Assembly (NCBI GenBank): GCA_034520745.1
Contig: JAXHNF010000009.1
Span: 15,587 to 79,586 of the forward strand
Reading direction: 5' to 3'
DNA length: 64,000 nucleotides
Origin: Alkalibacterium sp.
GTDB lineage: Bacteria; Bacillota; Bacilli; Lactobacillales; Carnobacteriaceae_A
In this document: one piece after another, positions 1 to 12,298 of the stretch
Numbering within the stretch: the first letter of the stretch is position 1
Layout of the letters: every line of letters starts with the position of its first letter
The notes under the pieces: generated by a model
What the model saw: only the letters and a program-made list of their open reading frames with translations
What the model was told of the DNA's origin: nothing
Database searches by the model: none
Position numbers and translations under genes: made by a program

Positions 1-662
1 AATTGCAGAACATCTGGTAAATGTAAAAAGAAATCACAGTATTCAGCTGATGCCGGCCATTGAAGATCTATTAAGAGAAGCGGACTGGAAACCTGAAGGA
101 TCTGACACGGATCGTTGTAGCTAAAGGACCCGGTTCATATACGGGTGTCCGCATCGGTGTGACTGTGGCGAAAGCTCTGGCATTCAGTTTGAATATCGAA
201 CTCGTCGGTGTTTCAAGTCTGGAGGTGCTGGCAGCAAACGGTTCTCTGATCGAGGGTTCGTACTGTGTCCCGATATTCGATGCCCGGCGCGGTAATATCT
301 ATACAGGCTTGTACCAGTACAAGAACAGCAGACTTATAAATGTCGAAAAAGATACCCATATTTCAGCAGAAAAGTGGGCGGAAGTCCTGAAGCGTCTGGA
401 CGGACCCATTCAGCTTCTGGGTGAAGACCGTCTTAAACATATGGAACTGTTCAAAAAGGAGTGCTTAGACCTGCTAGTTGAACTCCCTGCCAGTCGGCAT
501 TATTCACGCGCGAGCGTACTGGCAGAGCGGGGGAGTCTTCTCGAACCTGAAAATACACATCTATTTGAACCGGAATACTTGAAATTGGCTGAAGCTGAAC
601 AGAACTGGATGGAGGCTCATCCTGACTTTGAACAAGGAGGCGGGTGGATTGAAAAACTTTAA
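1..662 (+). CDS. tsaB: tRNA threonylcarbamoyladenosine biosynthesis protein TsaB (5'-truncated by window edge, indels near start)
   Basis: GPGSYTGVRIG encoded just upstream of ORF 159..662; FDARRG motif; EPEYLK tail; upstream of rimI/tsaD. Confidence 0.9.
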
Positions 663-1248
663 AGAATGGCTGTCTGAAAGAGTTGCCAAATCATCAACAA
701 AAGCTTTTTTGCCGATCTCGTCTCGAGTCAAACTGCATCAGCCATTTTATGCTCTTTCCGACGAACAGTTTTTAAAAGCAAAAAAAGCTGACGATACAGA
801 TGTCGATGCAATATTGATGATCGAACGCCTTTGCTATAATGGCCTGACTCCCTGGAACCGGACCGCTATACTGCATGAAATACGGTACAATAAAAATGCT
901 TTCTACATCATGATGTATGATGGAGAACAGCCGGTAGCTTTTGTCGGCACCTGGTTCATCGCTCATGAAGCACATATCACGAATATTGCCACAGTCCCGT
1001 CCTATCAGAACAAAGGAATAGCCTCCTATCTGCTCAAAGAAATCATGCGTATTGCTTCGGAAGAAGATATTGAAAAAGTCACATTGGAAGTAAGAGTCTC
1101 AAACAAGGCGGCTCAAAGTCTTTACCGGTCCCTCGGTTTTGAAGAGGGTCGGGTGAAAACAGGCTATTATGCCAATGATCATGAAGATGCGCTGGAAATG
1201 ATGCGCTTGACCCCAAGAGATTCTGATGAAATTCTGAGTGAAGGGTGA
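649..1248 (+). CDS. rimI: RimI-like GNAT N-acetyltransferase, copy 1, with N-terminal extension
   Basis: EAHITNIAT, QNKGIA, TLEVRVSN, YY..DHEDALEM; GGAGG RBS then in-frame TTG at 649. Confidence 0.8.
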   Translation: MKNFKEWLSERVAKSSTKAFLPISSRVKLHQPFYALSDEQFLKAKKADDTDVDAILMIERLCYNGLTPWNRTAILHEIRYNKNAFYIMMYDGEQPVAFVGTWFIAHEAHITNIATVPSYQNKGIASYLLKEIMRIASEEDIEKVTLEVRVSNKAAQSLYRSLGFEEGRVKTGYYANDHEDALEMMRLTPRDSDEILSEG

Positions 1249-1739
1249 TCAGAAAAATGCAGGAACAACGCCTCAGTGTCAGACGGTATAATTTCAATGA
1301 AGATCAGTACGACCGCTTTTACGACATAGCGGATCATTCTTTCAGTTACGGTTCTCCCTGGACGGTCGACCAGTACAGAGAAACTTTGAAACGGGAGGAC
1401 CTCGTCTTTTTTGTCGCGGAAATCGATACGCACCTCATCGGCTACATCGGTGGCCAGCTCTTGCTTGATGAGGCCGAAATCTACACGGTGGTCGTCTCCA
1501 GAGAATTTCAGAAGCAGCGCGTCGCCCAGTGTCTTTTCGATCGTTTCAGGGAAGAATGTGTTCTCAGAGGCATAGAAAGCATCTTCCTGGAAGTAAGGAA
1601 AAGCAATGAAGCCGCGCAGTCTTTTTACAGCAAAAACGCATTTGAAGTCATAACAGTCAGAAAAAATTATTACACTTATCCTGCTGAAGATGCGATTATC
1701 ATGCAGAGCAGGATCCGAAAGAGGGAAGAAAATGGATAA
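1245..1739 (+). CDS. rimI: RimI-like GNAT N-acetyltransferase, copy 2
   Basis: [24 protein letters not shown] motifs; start overlaps previous stop. Confidence 0.8.
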   Translation: MIRKMQEQRLSVRRYNFNEDQYDRFYDIADHSFSYGSPWTVDQYRETLKREDLVFFVAEIDTHLIGYIGGQLLLDEAEIYTVVVSREFQKQRVAQCLFDRFREECVLRGIESIFLEVRKSNEAAQSFYSKNAFEVITVRKNYYTYPAEDAIIMQSRIRKREENG

Positions 1740-2741
1740 GAAGCGAATTTTAGCGATAGAGACGAGTTGTGATGAAACCAGCGCTGCCGTCATAGAAGAC
1801 GGTCATATAATTCTATCCAATATTGTCGCTTCGCAGATCAAAAGTCATCAGCGTTTCGGCGGTGTTGTGCCGGAGATCGCCAGCCGTCATCATGTCGAGC
1901 AGATCACACTGATCATTGAAGAAGCAATGAAGGAAGCGGGCGTCACGTATGAAGAGCTGGATGCCGTGGCTGTCACTGAAGGCCCGGGGCTAGTCGGGGC
2001 GCTGCTTATCGGCGTCAATGCGGCAAAAGCGATTGCCTTTGCTCATAGTCTGCCTCTCATTGCGGTCAACCATATCAAGGGTCACATCTTTGCGAACCAG
2101 CTCGTTTCAAAATTAGCGTTCCCGATACTGTCGCTGGTCGTAAGCGGCGGGCATACCGAACTTATTTATATGGAATCAGAAGATTCATGAAATCATCGGC
2201 GAAACACGTGATGATGCAGCGGGTGAAGGCATATGACAAGATCGGCCGCGTCCTGGCGTGCCCTATCCAGGCGGCAAGCACATCGACCGGATGGCCCACG
2301 AGGGAGAAGACACGTATCATTTCCCGAGGGCCATGATACAGGACGATAATTATGATTTCAGTTTCAGCGGTCTAAAAAGTTCCTTCATCAATACGGTCCA
2401 TAATGCCAGACAGAAAAATGAAGCAATCGATCCTAACGATCTGGCGGCAAGCTTCCAGGCCGCTGTCGTGGACGTGCTGGTCGACAAGACCATCCGGGCA
2501 GCAAAGGAAAAGAACGTGAAGCAGTTAGTTCTGGCCGGTGGTGTTGCTGCGAACAAGGGCTTGCGGACGGCTCTGAAGACCACTGTCTCAAAAGAGTTGC
2601 CGGACACAGAGATCCTTATACCTCCGCTTGAACTTTGCGGTGACAATGCTGCCATGATCGGTGCCGCCGCTTATGTGCAGCTGAAAAACAGCAACTTCGC
2701 CGACTACTCGATTGAACGGACGGCCCGGTCTGACCGTCTGA
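1732..2741 (+). CDS. tsaD: tRNA N6-adenosine threonylcarbamoyltransferase TsaD (split by indels near 2190-2260 and ~2710; end approximate)
   Basis: [52 protein letters not shown] across ORFs 1690..2190 and 2258..2839. Confidence 0.93.
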
Positions 2742-2767
2742 TATTAGTTAATGGATTAAAGATAATG

Positions 2768-2819
2768 AAAAAACCGCAAGCCCTGTATGAGAATATACAG
2801 AGGCTTGCGGTTTTTATTT
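2768..2819 (+). terminator. Intrinsic terminator after tsaD
   Basis: AAAACCGCAAGCC-CTGTAT...ATACAG-AGGCTTGCGGTTTTT stem with T-tract. Confidence 0.8.
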
Positions 2820-2851
2820 GTGCAGTGATTTTTGAATAAAGTGCAGATTCC

Positions 2852-3215
2852 GGCGTGCCTTTCAAGGTCCTTCGAACGGACTGAAGGTCACGCAATAGTG
2901 TCAGGCGCGCCTTTCGCAGTTCCACGAACGGGCTGAAGGGCACGCAATGGTGTCAGGCGTGCCTTTCGCGGTCCTATGAACGTGCTGAAGGTCACGCAGG
3001 ATGGTGTCAGGCGCGCCTTTCGCGGTCTCACGAACATACTGAAGGGCACGCAATGGTGTCAGGCGTGCCTTTCGAGGTCCCTCGAACGATGCTGAAGGTC
3101 ACGAATAGTGTCAGGCGTGCCTTTCGCGTGTTCCTATCGAACGGGCTGAAGGGCACGCAATGGTGTCAGGCGTGCCTTTCGCGGTCTCACGAACGGACTG
3201 AAGGGCACGCAATGG
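2852..3215. repeat. Intergenic tandem array of 7 x ~52-bp palindromic units
   Basis: Unit consensus GGCGYGCCTTTC-GCGGTCYCACGAACGGR-CTGAAGGKCACGCAATRGTGTCA, seven copies over 364 bp. Confidence 0.95.
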
Positions 3216-3251
3216 CAAACCATGCATCTTCAAGTAGAAAATCGGATACAG

Positions 3252-3281
3252 AAAAGAGGATGAAAGTCGCCTTTCATCCTC
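3252..3281 (-). terminator. Intrinsic terminator of the ABC-F gene
   Basis: GAGGATGAAAG-tcgc-CTTTCATCCTC perfect stem; T-tract on minus strand. Confidence 0.75.
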
Positions 3282-3296
3282 ATCCGTTCAGTTATT

Positions 3297-5253
3297 TCAG
3301 TCGTCCGTCAAGTCATCAAGTTCGAACTGCTTTTCTTCCCATTCTTCGAGTAAATGTTCCTGTTTGGTCTGCAGAGATTCGTTTTCTTTAGCCAGACTCT
3401 CCAGCTTTTCAAAATCGTCGGCTATCTCGGGCGCACTCAATGCTTCCTGAACAGACTCGATCTGCTCTTCCAGCTTTTCGAGTTCGTCTTCAATAGACTG
3501 GATCGCACGTTCCAGTTTTCGCTGCATTTTCTGGGCTTCCTTCTGTTCTTCGAAGGATTTCTTTGTAGAAGACGTTGAGCTGGAGATTTGATTCTTCCTC
3601 ATCTTCGTCGGCAGATTCAAGCTGCTTTAGTGCTTCCAGTTCTGCTTTTTTCTGTAGATAGTAATCATAATCCCCAAGATAGACATCCGCACCATTTTCG
3701 TTCAATTCAATGACTTTTGTTGCCAGCCGGTTAATGAAGTAGCGGTCATGAGAGACGAATAAAAGTGTCCCTGGATAGTCGATCAGGGCATTCTCGAGCA
3801 CTTCCTTTGAATCGATATCCAGATGGTTCGTGGGTTCATCCAGGAGCAGGAAATTATTTTTTTCCAGAGAAAGTTTTGCCAGTGCCACACGTGCTTTCTC
3901 GCCGCCGCTTAACGAAGCGATCGATTTTTCAACATCCTCGCCGCTGAACAGAAAGGAGCCCAGCAGTGTCCGGATATCCTGTTCTGGGAGGCTGGGGTGG
4001 TCGTCCCAGACTTCATCCAGTACAGTCTTTTTGCTGTTAAGCAGCGTCTGTTCCTGGTCGTAATAGCCCAGATCCACTTTCGCACCGTAATCGATCACTG
4101 CCGCTCAATAAAGGGATCATCCGATTGATCGTCTTGAGCAGTGTGGTTTTACCTATCCCATTAGGCCCAACGATGGCGATCGATTCCTCTTTTCTGATAT
4201 CCAGATCGATGTCACTGGACAAAGCCCCGTCTTCATAACCGATCGAGAGGTCCTGTGTCTGAAGCACGATCTGTCCCGATTCTCTGCCTGTCTGAAATCT
4301 GAAATGAGCGCTTTTTTCATCGTTTTTCGGTTTCGAGACGGTATCCATCTTTTCAAGCTGCTTGCGTCGAGCCTGAGCCTGTTTGGTCGTTGAAGCCCGC
4401 ACGATATTTCTGTCGACAAAATCTTCAAGTTTTGCAATTTTTTTCTGCTGTTTTTCAAAGACTTTCCATTCGCGTTTGATTTTTTCTGCTTTCAGCTTCA
4501 GATAGTTGGAGTAGTTTCCCGGGTAGTGATCGACTTCCCCGCGACTGACTTCATAAACCTCATTGATCACCTTGTCTAAGAAGTACCGGTCGTGTGACAC
4601 GATCAGGAGTGCTTTGGAATAATTCTGCAGGTACATTTCCAGCCAGGCCAGCGTTTCAATGTCCAGATGGTTCGTCGGTTCATCCAGTATCAGCAGATCT
4701 TTCTTTTCCAGCAGCAGCTGGGCAAGAGCGAGTCGTGTTTTCTGACCACCTGAAAGGTTCTGTATGGGGGTGTCGTAATCTTCTTCGTAAAAACGGAAGC
4801 CGTGCAGGACGGAACGTATCTCGCTCTCGATGCCGTAGCCGTTCTTTTCCTGGAAGGTGTGCTGCAGGCTGTCGTAACGCTGGAGCAGTTCCTCGTATTC
4901 ATTTCCTGACTGGGCTGGTGACGGATCGCTTAATTTCTGTTCGATTTCCCGCATTTCTTCTTCCAGAGCCAGGACGGGTTCAGCGATTTTCATCATCTCA
5001 TCCCATATGCAAAGTGAAGAGTCCAGACCGGTGTGCTGGTCAAGGTAGCCAAGGGTCATGTCTTTTTCTTGTGGATATTTCCCGAATCCGGTTCTTCTCT
5101 TCCGGAAATCATTTCCAGCAGAGTCGTCTTACCGGCACCGTTTCTGCCGACGAGTCCGATACGGGCATTGTCTTTGATCTCCAGCGAAACATTATCGAAG
5201 AGTTTTTCTGCACCAAAATAACGCGAGATTTTTTCAGTTTGTAATAATATCAT
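3297..5253 (-). CDS. ABC-F family ribosome-associated ATPase (YdiF-like), split by three indels
   Basis: Two Walker A (GRNGAGKT, GPNGIGKT), two LSGG, two LDEPTNHLD motifs, C-terminal coiled coil; divergent from rex as in B. subtilis ydiF/rex neighbourhood. Confidence 0.88.
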
Positions 5254-5627
5254 CATTTTCCTCATTTTCATAAAAGTAATCCTCTGTGTTCATCTCTTAA
5301 CAGTTTAGCATATTTATAAAAGATAACAATGAAGGAGTTAGAATTGCCAGCAAACATTGTGAATCACGTTCTCAATTAAATAACCTGTATTATCATGTGT
5401 GCTTGCTCACTAAATTTGCTCAAGTTACCTATGGTACAAATTGGCAACTTATGAAAAATAAGAATTATTCATGAAAAACAGGTTATTTTACTTTTATTTC
5501 ACCATATTAATGCTATAATGTTAATTGGCATAAAGTTTATAGTTTGTGAATGCACAAAGATTATAGTGACTATAATTTATAATGATTAAACTAAAGTTAA
5601 TTTAAAACGGATAAGGAGATTAAAAAA

Positions 5628-6308
5628 ATGGCTGAGAAGAAAATACCTAAGGCGACAGCGAGACGTTTGCCGCTGTATTACCGCTATTTAAGGTTTTTGT
5701 ATGAGGCAGGGAAAGAACGTGTATCCTCTGCCAAGCTGAGTGAAGCAGTAAAAGTCGACAGTGCAACAATACGTCGTGACTTTTCTTACTTCGGAGCCCT
5801 GGGTAAGCGAGGCTACGGGTATGACGTGGAAGCGCTGATGAATTTCTTCAGTAAAACGCTGAATCAGGATAGACTGACCAATGTGGCGCTGATCGGTGTG
5901 GGTAACCTGGGGCAGGCGCTCTTGAACTACAATTTCCGCCGCAACAATAATATCCGGATCAGTGCCGGATTCGATGTCAAAGAAGAGCTGATCGGAACGA
6001 TCCATCAAGGAGTTCCCATTTACTCGATCGAGGATATGGTTCAGCAGCTGGATCTGCAGCAGATCGATGTCGCCATATTGACGGTGCCTTCCGATATCGC
6101 ACAGGAAATGGCCGACAAGCTCGTTGAAGGCGGCGTCAAAGGCATTATGAACTTTACGCCGATTCGTGTCACGGTTCCCAAGCATATCCGGGTGCATAAT
6201 GTCGACTTGACGAATGAACTGCAGACACTGATCTATTTCATCAATTATTATCAGGATATGGACGAGAAAAGTGATAACGACAAGGAATTGAACGATTTTA
6301 TAATATAA
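5628..6308 (+). CDS. rex: Redox-sensing transcriptional repressor Rex
   Basis: [40 protein letters not shown]. Confidence 0.96.
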   Translation: MAEKKIPKATARRLPLYYRYLRFLYEAGKERVSSAKLSEAVKVDSATIRRDFSYFGALGKRGYGYDVEALMNFFSKTLNQDRLTNVALIGVGNLGQALLNYNFRRNNNIRISAGFDVKEELIGTIHQGVPIYSIEDMVQQLDLQQIDVAILTVPSDIAQEMADKLVEGGVKGIMNFTPIRVTVPKHIRVHNVDLTNELQTLIYFINYYQDMDEKSDNDKELNDFII

Positions 6309-6317
6309 GTTGTAAGC

Positions 6318-6361
6318 AAAAAACCCGTTGAGACTCAGTTTAAGAGTCTCAACGGGTTTTT
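6318..6361. terminator. Bidirectional terminator between rex and ydiK-like gene
   Basis: AAAAAACCCGTTGAGACTC...GAGTCTCAACGGGTTTTT. Confidence 0.85.
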
Positions 6362-6363
6362 CT

Positions 6364-6564
6364 CTATTTCTGACTTTTCTTGATCCGGTAATAAGCCTGA
6401 GCCATTTGCGTGCCCTGGACAAAATCTTTTGTCGCGAAGATTGCAAACAGGACTGAAAAGAAGCTCCAGCCGTCCGAAGATACTGAATTGATGGTGAAAA
6501 AGAGAAATAAAGCAAAGAATACAAATTTGAAACCGATTTGAAATTTCAACTGTTTTTCTGTCAT
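6364..6564 (-). CDS. Small membrane protein, YdiK-like (DUF4305)
   Basis: 66 aa, two hydrophobic segments, W.FFSVLFAIFATKDF; position between rex and the CAAX protease. Confidence 0.65.
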   Translation of the reverse strand: MTEKQLKFQIGFKFVFFALFLFFTINSVSSDGWSFFSVLFAIFATKDFVQGTQMAQAYYRIKKSQK

Positions 6565-6599
6565 AGTAAATCCTTTCTAACTGTACAGTCGGTGATGTG

Positions 6600-7262
6600 T
6601 CATAGCAGGTACAAGTTCGCTAAGACGGCCAGCGTGTTCATCAGACAATGAGCGATGATCGGTGTCCAGATATTTTTCGTTTTGTAATACAGCCAGGAGA
6701 AGACAAAGCCCATGGATGAGTAGACAAGCAGCAGGCCGTCAAAGTGAATGAACGCAAAAATAAGCGAACTGATAACAGCAGCTCCTACGCCGCCTGTTTT
6801 TTCTACTAACAGGCCGAAGATGGCTTTTCTGAAAACAAATTCTTCCATAATGGGACCGGCCAGACCGATCAGCAGTATGAAAATCGGGTAATTTCTGACC
6901 ACTTCGATCAGCATCTGTGTATTCTCAGATTCCATAGGAGAACCGAGATACCTGACTTCGATGATGCTGGCCAGGTTCTGGGCGACAAGGGCAATGAAGA
7001 TGCCCGCGATCCCCCATACTAAGACGGCTTTTTTCTGACTGCTGAGAGGTTTCTCAAAGGGAAACGTCATCTTATATCTCTTATCGATAGCGATCATGCC
7101 GACGGCGCCTAAAGTAAACAGAACGAGCGAAGGCATCAGAAATGCCGCCGGACCGAAAGACTCAGGCAGAAAAAGTGGAATGATCCCTGAAAGCAGCTGT
7201 ACGACAATAAACAGTAAAATGATGCGTGTTGCAGCTTTTTTATTTAAACTTGTCTGATCCAT
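6600..7262 (-). CDS. CPBP/Abi (CAAX) family intramembrane metalloprotease, YdiL-like
   Basis: GPIMEEFVFR, FAFIH, IIAHCLMN; start placed at MDQ after AGGA RBS. Confidence 0.85.
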   Translation of the reverse strand: MDQTSLNKKAATRIILLFIVVQLLSGIIPLFLPESFGPAAFLMPSLVLFTLGAVGMIAIDKRYKMTFPFEKPLSSQKKAVLVWGIAGIFIALVAQNLASIIEVRYLGSPMESENTQMLIEVVRNYPIFILLIGLAGPIMEEFVFRKAIFGLLVEKTGGVGAAVISSLIFAFIHFDGLLLVYSSMGFVFSWLYYKTKNIWTPIIAHCLMNTLAVLANLYLL

Positions 7263-7364
7263 TAATGTCATCCTTTTATTTGATTTATACAATACTAGTA
7301 ACTTAACACAAAACGGGACAGGTTTCCACAGGAGGAAAAGGGATGATTTTTTTAAAGATAGGGC

Positions 7365-7393
7365 TTGCAAGACTACCTTGTTTTGAATATACT
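7365..7393 (+). promoter_or_regulatory. Sigma-A promoter of groESL
   Basis: TTGCAA-17 bp-TATACT directly upstream of CIRCE. Confidence 0.8.
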
Positions 7394-7404
7394 TATAAGT
7401 GGAG

Positions 7405-7431
7405 TTAGCACTCGACGATCGAGAGTGCTAA
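7405..7431 (+). promoter_or_regulatory. CIRCE element (HrcA operator)
   Basis: TTAGCACTC-N9-GAGTGCTAA, perfect consensus. Confidence 0.97.
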
Positions 7432-7506
7432 AACTCATATCTTCACTGCTTGATGCGGTGAAAACTAAAACAAAAGTAAACAATATACTTACGGAGGGGT
7501 TAAATT

Positions 7507-9472
<1,966 letters not shown>

Positions 9473-9526
9473 TACCTGCCTTTCAAAAAGTGAAGAAATG
9501 ATACTGCTCACTAGCATGTCGAGTAG

Positions 9527-9572
9527 AAAACGCGCGAGTTCCCTATAATTTAGGGGGCATTCGCGCGTTTTT
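9527..9572 (+). terminator. groESL terminator
   Basis: AAAACGCGCGA...TCGCGCGTTTTT. Confidence 0.8.
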
Positions 9573-9779
9573 CATTTGTAGAAATTTTTGAACAGTGTTT
9601 ACTTTTATCATCCTTCAGAAAAGACACGAGTTCATAAAAGAACGTCTCACTTCTATGAACTCATCGGCCATTCACTGATCGATGACGATATGGCATCTAA
9701 ATCTGACAAGTCAACTTTTGGCATCCCTACGCGATTATTGATAAACTGTAGTCAGAAAACAAACGCGAGGAGTGACAAG

Positions 9780-10559
9780 ATGAGAGTATGTGCCTTACAG
9801 GTCGATTTAATCTACAAAGAACCGGAGAAAAACTACCGGAAAATAGAAGCCATGATGAAAACAGCTGTGGAAAGAAAAAAGCCGGACGTTTTTGTCCTGC
9901 CGGAGATGTGGAACGTGTCGTTCTTCCCGGAGAATATCGAAGAGCTGGTGGATGAGGACGGAAAAGAAGTGCAAGCGTTCTTGAGCAGGCTGGCCGGCAA
10001 GTATCAGGTGAACATAGTGGGCGGATCAGTCGCGACTCACTCTGGAGGGAAATTTTATAATACGAGTTATTCCTTCAACCGTGAGGGGGAACTCGTGCAT
10101 ACGTACAACAAAGTACACCTGTTCTCGCCTACCAGCGAACACGATCTGTTCACACCGGGCGACCAGCTGGGTATTTTTGAACTGGATGGTGTCAAGGTCG
10201 GCGTGGCCACCTGCTATGATCTGCGTTTTGTCGAGTGGATCCGGCGCATGGCTCTGGAGGATATTCAAATCCTGTTTGTTCCGGCGGCGTGGCCGGAACC
10301 GCGTCTTGCCGCCTGGGAAACACTCCTTCGTGCCCGGGCGATCGAGAATCAGTTCTTTGTCGTGGGCGTCAACAGTGTAGGTAAAACGGACCGCCTGACT
10401 TTCTGCGGACATTCTAATATCTATAACGCTTTAGGAGATAATCTGGCTACGTCTCGTGAGGAAGAGATGCTTTTATGGGCTGATCTTGATCTGGACAGTA
10501 TTGCAGAAGTGCGCGAGGCTATCGCAGTATACAAGGACCGTCGTCCGGAACTGTATTAA
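9780..10559 (+). CDS. Carbon-nitrogen hydrolase (nitrilase/omega-amidase family)
   Basis: LPEMW, YNKVHLF, TCYDLRF (Glu-Lys-Cys triad), RARAIENQ; GAGGAG RBS before ATG 9780. Confidence 0.88.
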   Translation: MRVCALQVDLIYKEPEKNYRKIEAMMKTAVERKKPDVFVLPEMWNVSFFPENIEELVDEDGKEVQAFLSRLAGKYQVNIVGGSVATHSGGKFYNTSYSFNREGELVHTYNKVHLFSPTSEHDLFTPGDQLGIFELDGVKVGVATCYDLRFVEWIRRMALEDIQILFVPAAWPEPRLAAWETLLRARAIENQFFVVGVNSVGKTDRLTFCGHSNIYNALGDNLATSREEEMLLWADLDLDSIAEVREAIAVYKDRRPELY

Positions 10560-10684
10560 AAAAATGGATCCCTGCACCTTCCTTGTCTTCAGTAGAGACT
10601 TGAGTAAGGGAACAGACGACTTTTTTTACATGCTGTAACCGACAGATACTTGTCTACGATCAAAAAACTCAAGGAGGAAGCACG

Positions 10685-12160
10685 ATGTTGACCGATTATG
10701 ATTTTGATGATTTTGAAACTCCGTACAGTAAATTTAAAACCAAGGAACTTGGCGAGCGCTTGTCGCGGGCTCAGCGTCTGATCGGTAATCTGGATATTCC
10801 TGTCCTGATCATCGTGGATGGCTGGGAGTCCTCCGGGAAAGGTCATGTCATCAAGGATCTGGTTAAAGAACTGAATCCGAAGCATTTCAAAGTGAGCGTA
10901 TTCGAAAATCCGACTGAAGAAGAGCGTGCCAGACCTTTTTTGTGGCGCTTCTGGGATAAGATACCAAGGTACGGGAACATTGCTATCTATGACCGAAGTT
11001 TTTACTTCAAACTATTCAATGATTTATCCATAGGGGATGAAGAACTGGAGAAAGACATCAAGGATATCAGTTCGATCGAAAAGCAGCTTCTCGATGACGA
11101 AGCGATCATCATCAAGTTCTTCCTGCACCAGAAAGAGGATACTCAGCAGAAGAGGATCGACAAACTGAAACAAGATGAATACCGGTCCTTCATGATCAGC
11201 GAACGGGACGAAAGTCAGTATAATCATTACGGGGACTACCTCGAACATTTTGAAAAAATACTGAAAAAATCTGATTTCACGTTCAGTAAATGGCACATCG
11301 TCTCTTCGGAAGACAAGGACGATGCATCGGATCAGGTACTGGGCATGACGATCGATTTGATACACGAGGGCATCGACAGGATCATGGGGATGAAAAACGG
11401 CGGTTTGAGGAAGCAGCTGAGAGATTATGTTCCGACTGAAAACCCCCTGAATGATCTGGATCTGAACCTGACACTTGAAGATGATGAATACGATAAGCTG
11501 AAGGATGAACTGCAGCTTGAAGCTCAGAACCTTGCATTCAAACTGTATACAGAAGGCATCCCGACTGTTCTGGTATTTGAAGGTGTGGATGCAGCCGGTA
11601 AGGGCGGAGCCATCGAGCGGCTGACAAGAGAAATGGATCCGAGAGGCTATGAAGTAGTGACCATCTCTGCACCGACTGAACTGGAAAGGGAGCATCACTA
11701 TCTGTGGCGCTTTTACAAGAATCTGCCGAAAAAAGGGGACATGAAGATCTTTGACCGAAGCTGGTACGGCCGAGTCATGGTCGAGCGGGTGGAAGGTCTT
11801 GCAGAGATGGAAGAATGGAACCGTGCCTACAGCGAGATCAATCAGATGGAAAAGCATCTTCACAACTTTGGTACACTGGTGCTGAAATTCTTCATTTATA
11901 TCGACAAAAACGAGCAGCTTGAGCGTTTCAAGGACCGTGAGACGGAACCCGACAAGGTCTACAAACTCACGGATGAAGACTGGCGGAACCGAAAGAAGTG
12001 GGACGAGCACATCGAAGCCATGAATGAGATGCTGGTGCGGACAACCACAGACTATGCACCCTGGATCATTGTGGAGGGGCAGCAGAAAAAGTATGCGCGC
12101 ATCAAGGTTCTCAAGACATTTATCGAACACGCGAGAAAAATTTTAGATGAAACGGAATAA
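10685..12160 (+). CDS. Two-domain polyphosphate kinase 2 (polyphosphate:AMP phosphotransferase, class II-like)
   Basis: Duplicated PPK2 domains: DGWESSGKG/YDRSFY and FEGVDAAGKGG/FDRSWYGRV, YKLTDEDWRNR. Confidence 0.9.
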   Translation: MLTDYDFDDFETPYSKFKTKELGERLSRAQRLIGNLDIPVLIIVDGWESSGKGHVIKDLVKELNPKHFKVSVFENPTEEERARPFLWRFWDKIPRYGNIAIYDRSFYFKLFNDLSIGDEELEKDIKDISSIEKQLLDDEAIIIKFFLHQKEDTQQKRIDKLKQDEYRSFMISERDESQYNHYGDYLEHFEKILKKSDFTFSKWHIVSSEDKDDASDQVLGMTIDLIHEGIDRIMGMKNGGLRKQLRDYVPTENPLNDLDLNLTLEDDEYDKLKDELQLEAQNLAFKLYTEGIPTVLVFEGVDAAGKGGAIERLTREMDPRGYEVVTISAPTELEREHHYLWRFYKNLPKKGDMKIFDRSWYGRVMVERVEGLAEMEEWNRAYSEINQMEKHLHNFGTLVLKFFIYIDKNEQLERFKDRETEPDKVYKLTDEDWRNRKKWDEHIEAMNEMLVRTTTDYAPWIIVEGQQKKYARIKVLKTFIEHARKILDETE

Positions 12161-12254
12161 GAATCGGGAAGAAGCATGTCTTTTGGAATGCTCTTTTTGA
12201 CGTTGAAAAATAGGTTAAAGTGTAAGACAGGCTGCGAATACGCTATAATATAAG

Positions 12255-12268
12255 TGACAGCGCTTACT
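12255..12268 (+). promoter_or_regulatory. Putative cre (CcpA) site near the predicted +1 of the pyruvate-kinase-like gene
   Basis: TGACAGCGCTTACT matches TGWNANCGNTNWCA at 13/14 positions; 5 bp after TATAAT at 12244-12249. Confidence 0.55.
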
Positions 12269-12298
12269 AATATTTCAGAATATAGAAGAGGTGAGGAA

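Noticed and set aside
649-1739. Tandem rimI duplication as a novelty
   Set aside because: Two RimI-like genes between tsaB and tsaD are, to my knowledge, a recurrent arrangement in Lactobacillales.
2852-3215. CRISPR array (about 35-bp repeats with 17-20-bp spacers)
   Set aside because: The spacers are short and homologous to one another, the repeats vary in an alternating pattern, and there is no cas gene or AT-rich leader; kept as a non-CRISPR repeat.
3053-3391. 112-aa ORF over the 52-bp array
   Set aside because: Translation of non-triplet repeat DNA with no RBS; it runs antisense into the ABC-F gene.
5357-5559. Rex operator(s) upstream of rex (TTGTGAATCACGTTCTCAA; TTTGTGAATGCACAAA)
   Set aside because: Half-site spacing does not fit TTGTGAA-N4-TTCACAA; could reflect an indel, but cannot be supported as given.
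11024-12130. Long antisense ORF (368 aa) opposite ppk2; likewise 5688..6524 and 48840..49586
   Set aside because: Shadow frames of well-supported genes, with no recognisable motifs or RBS.
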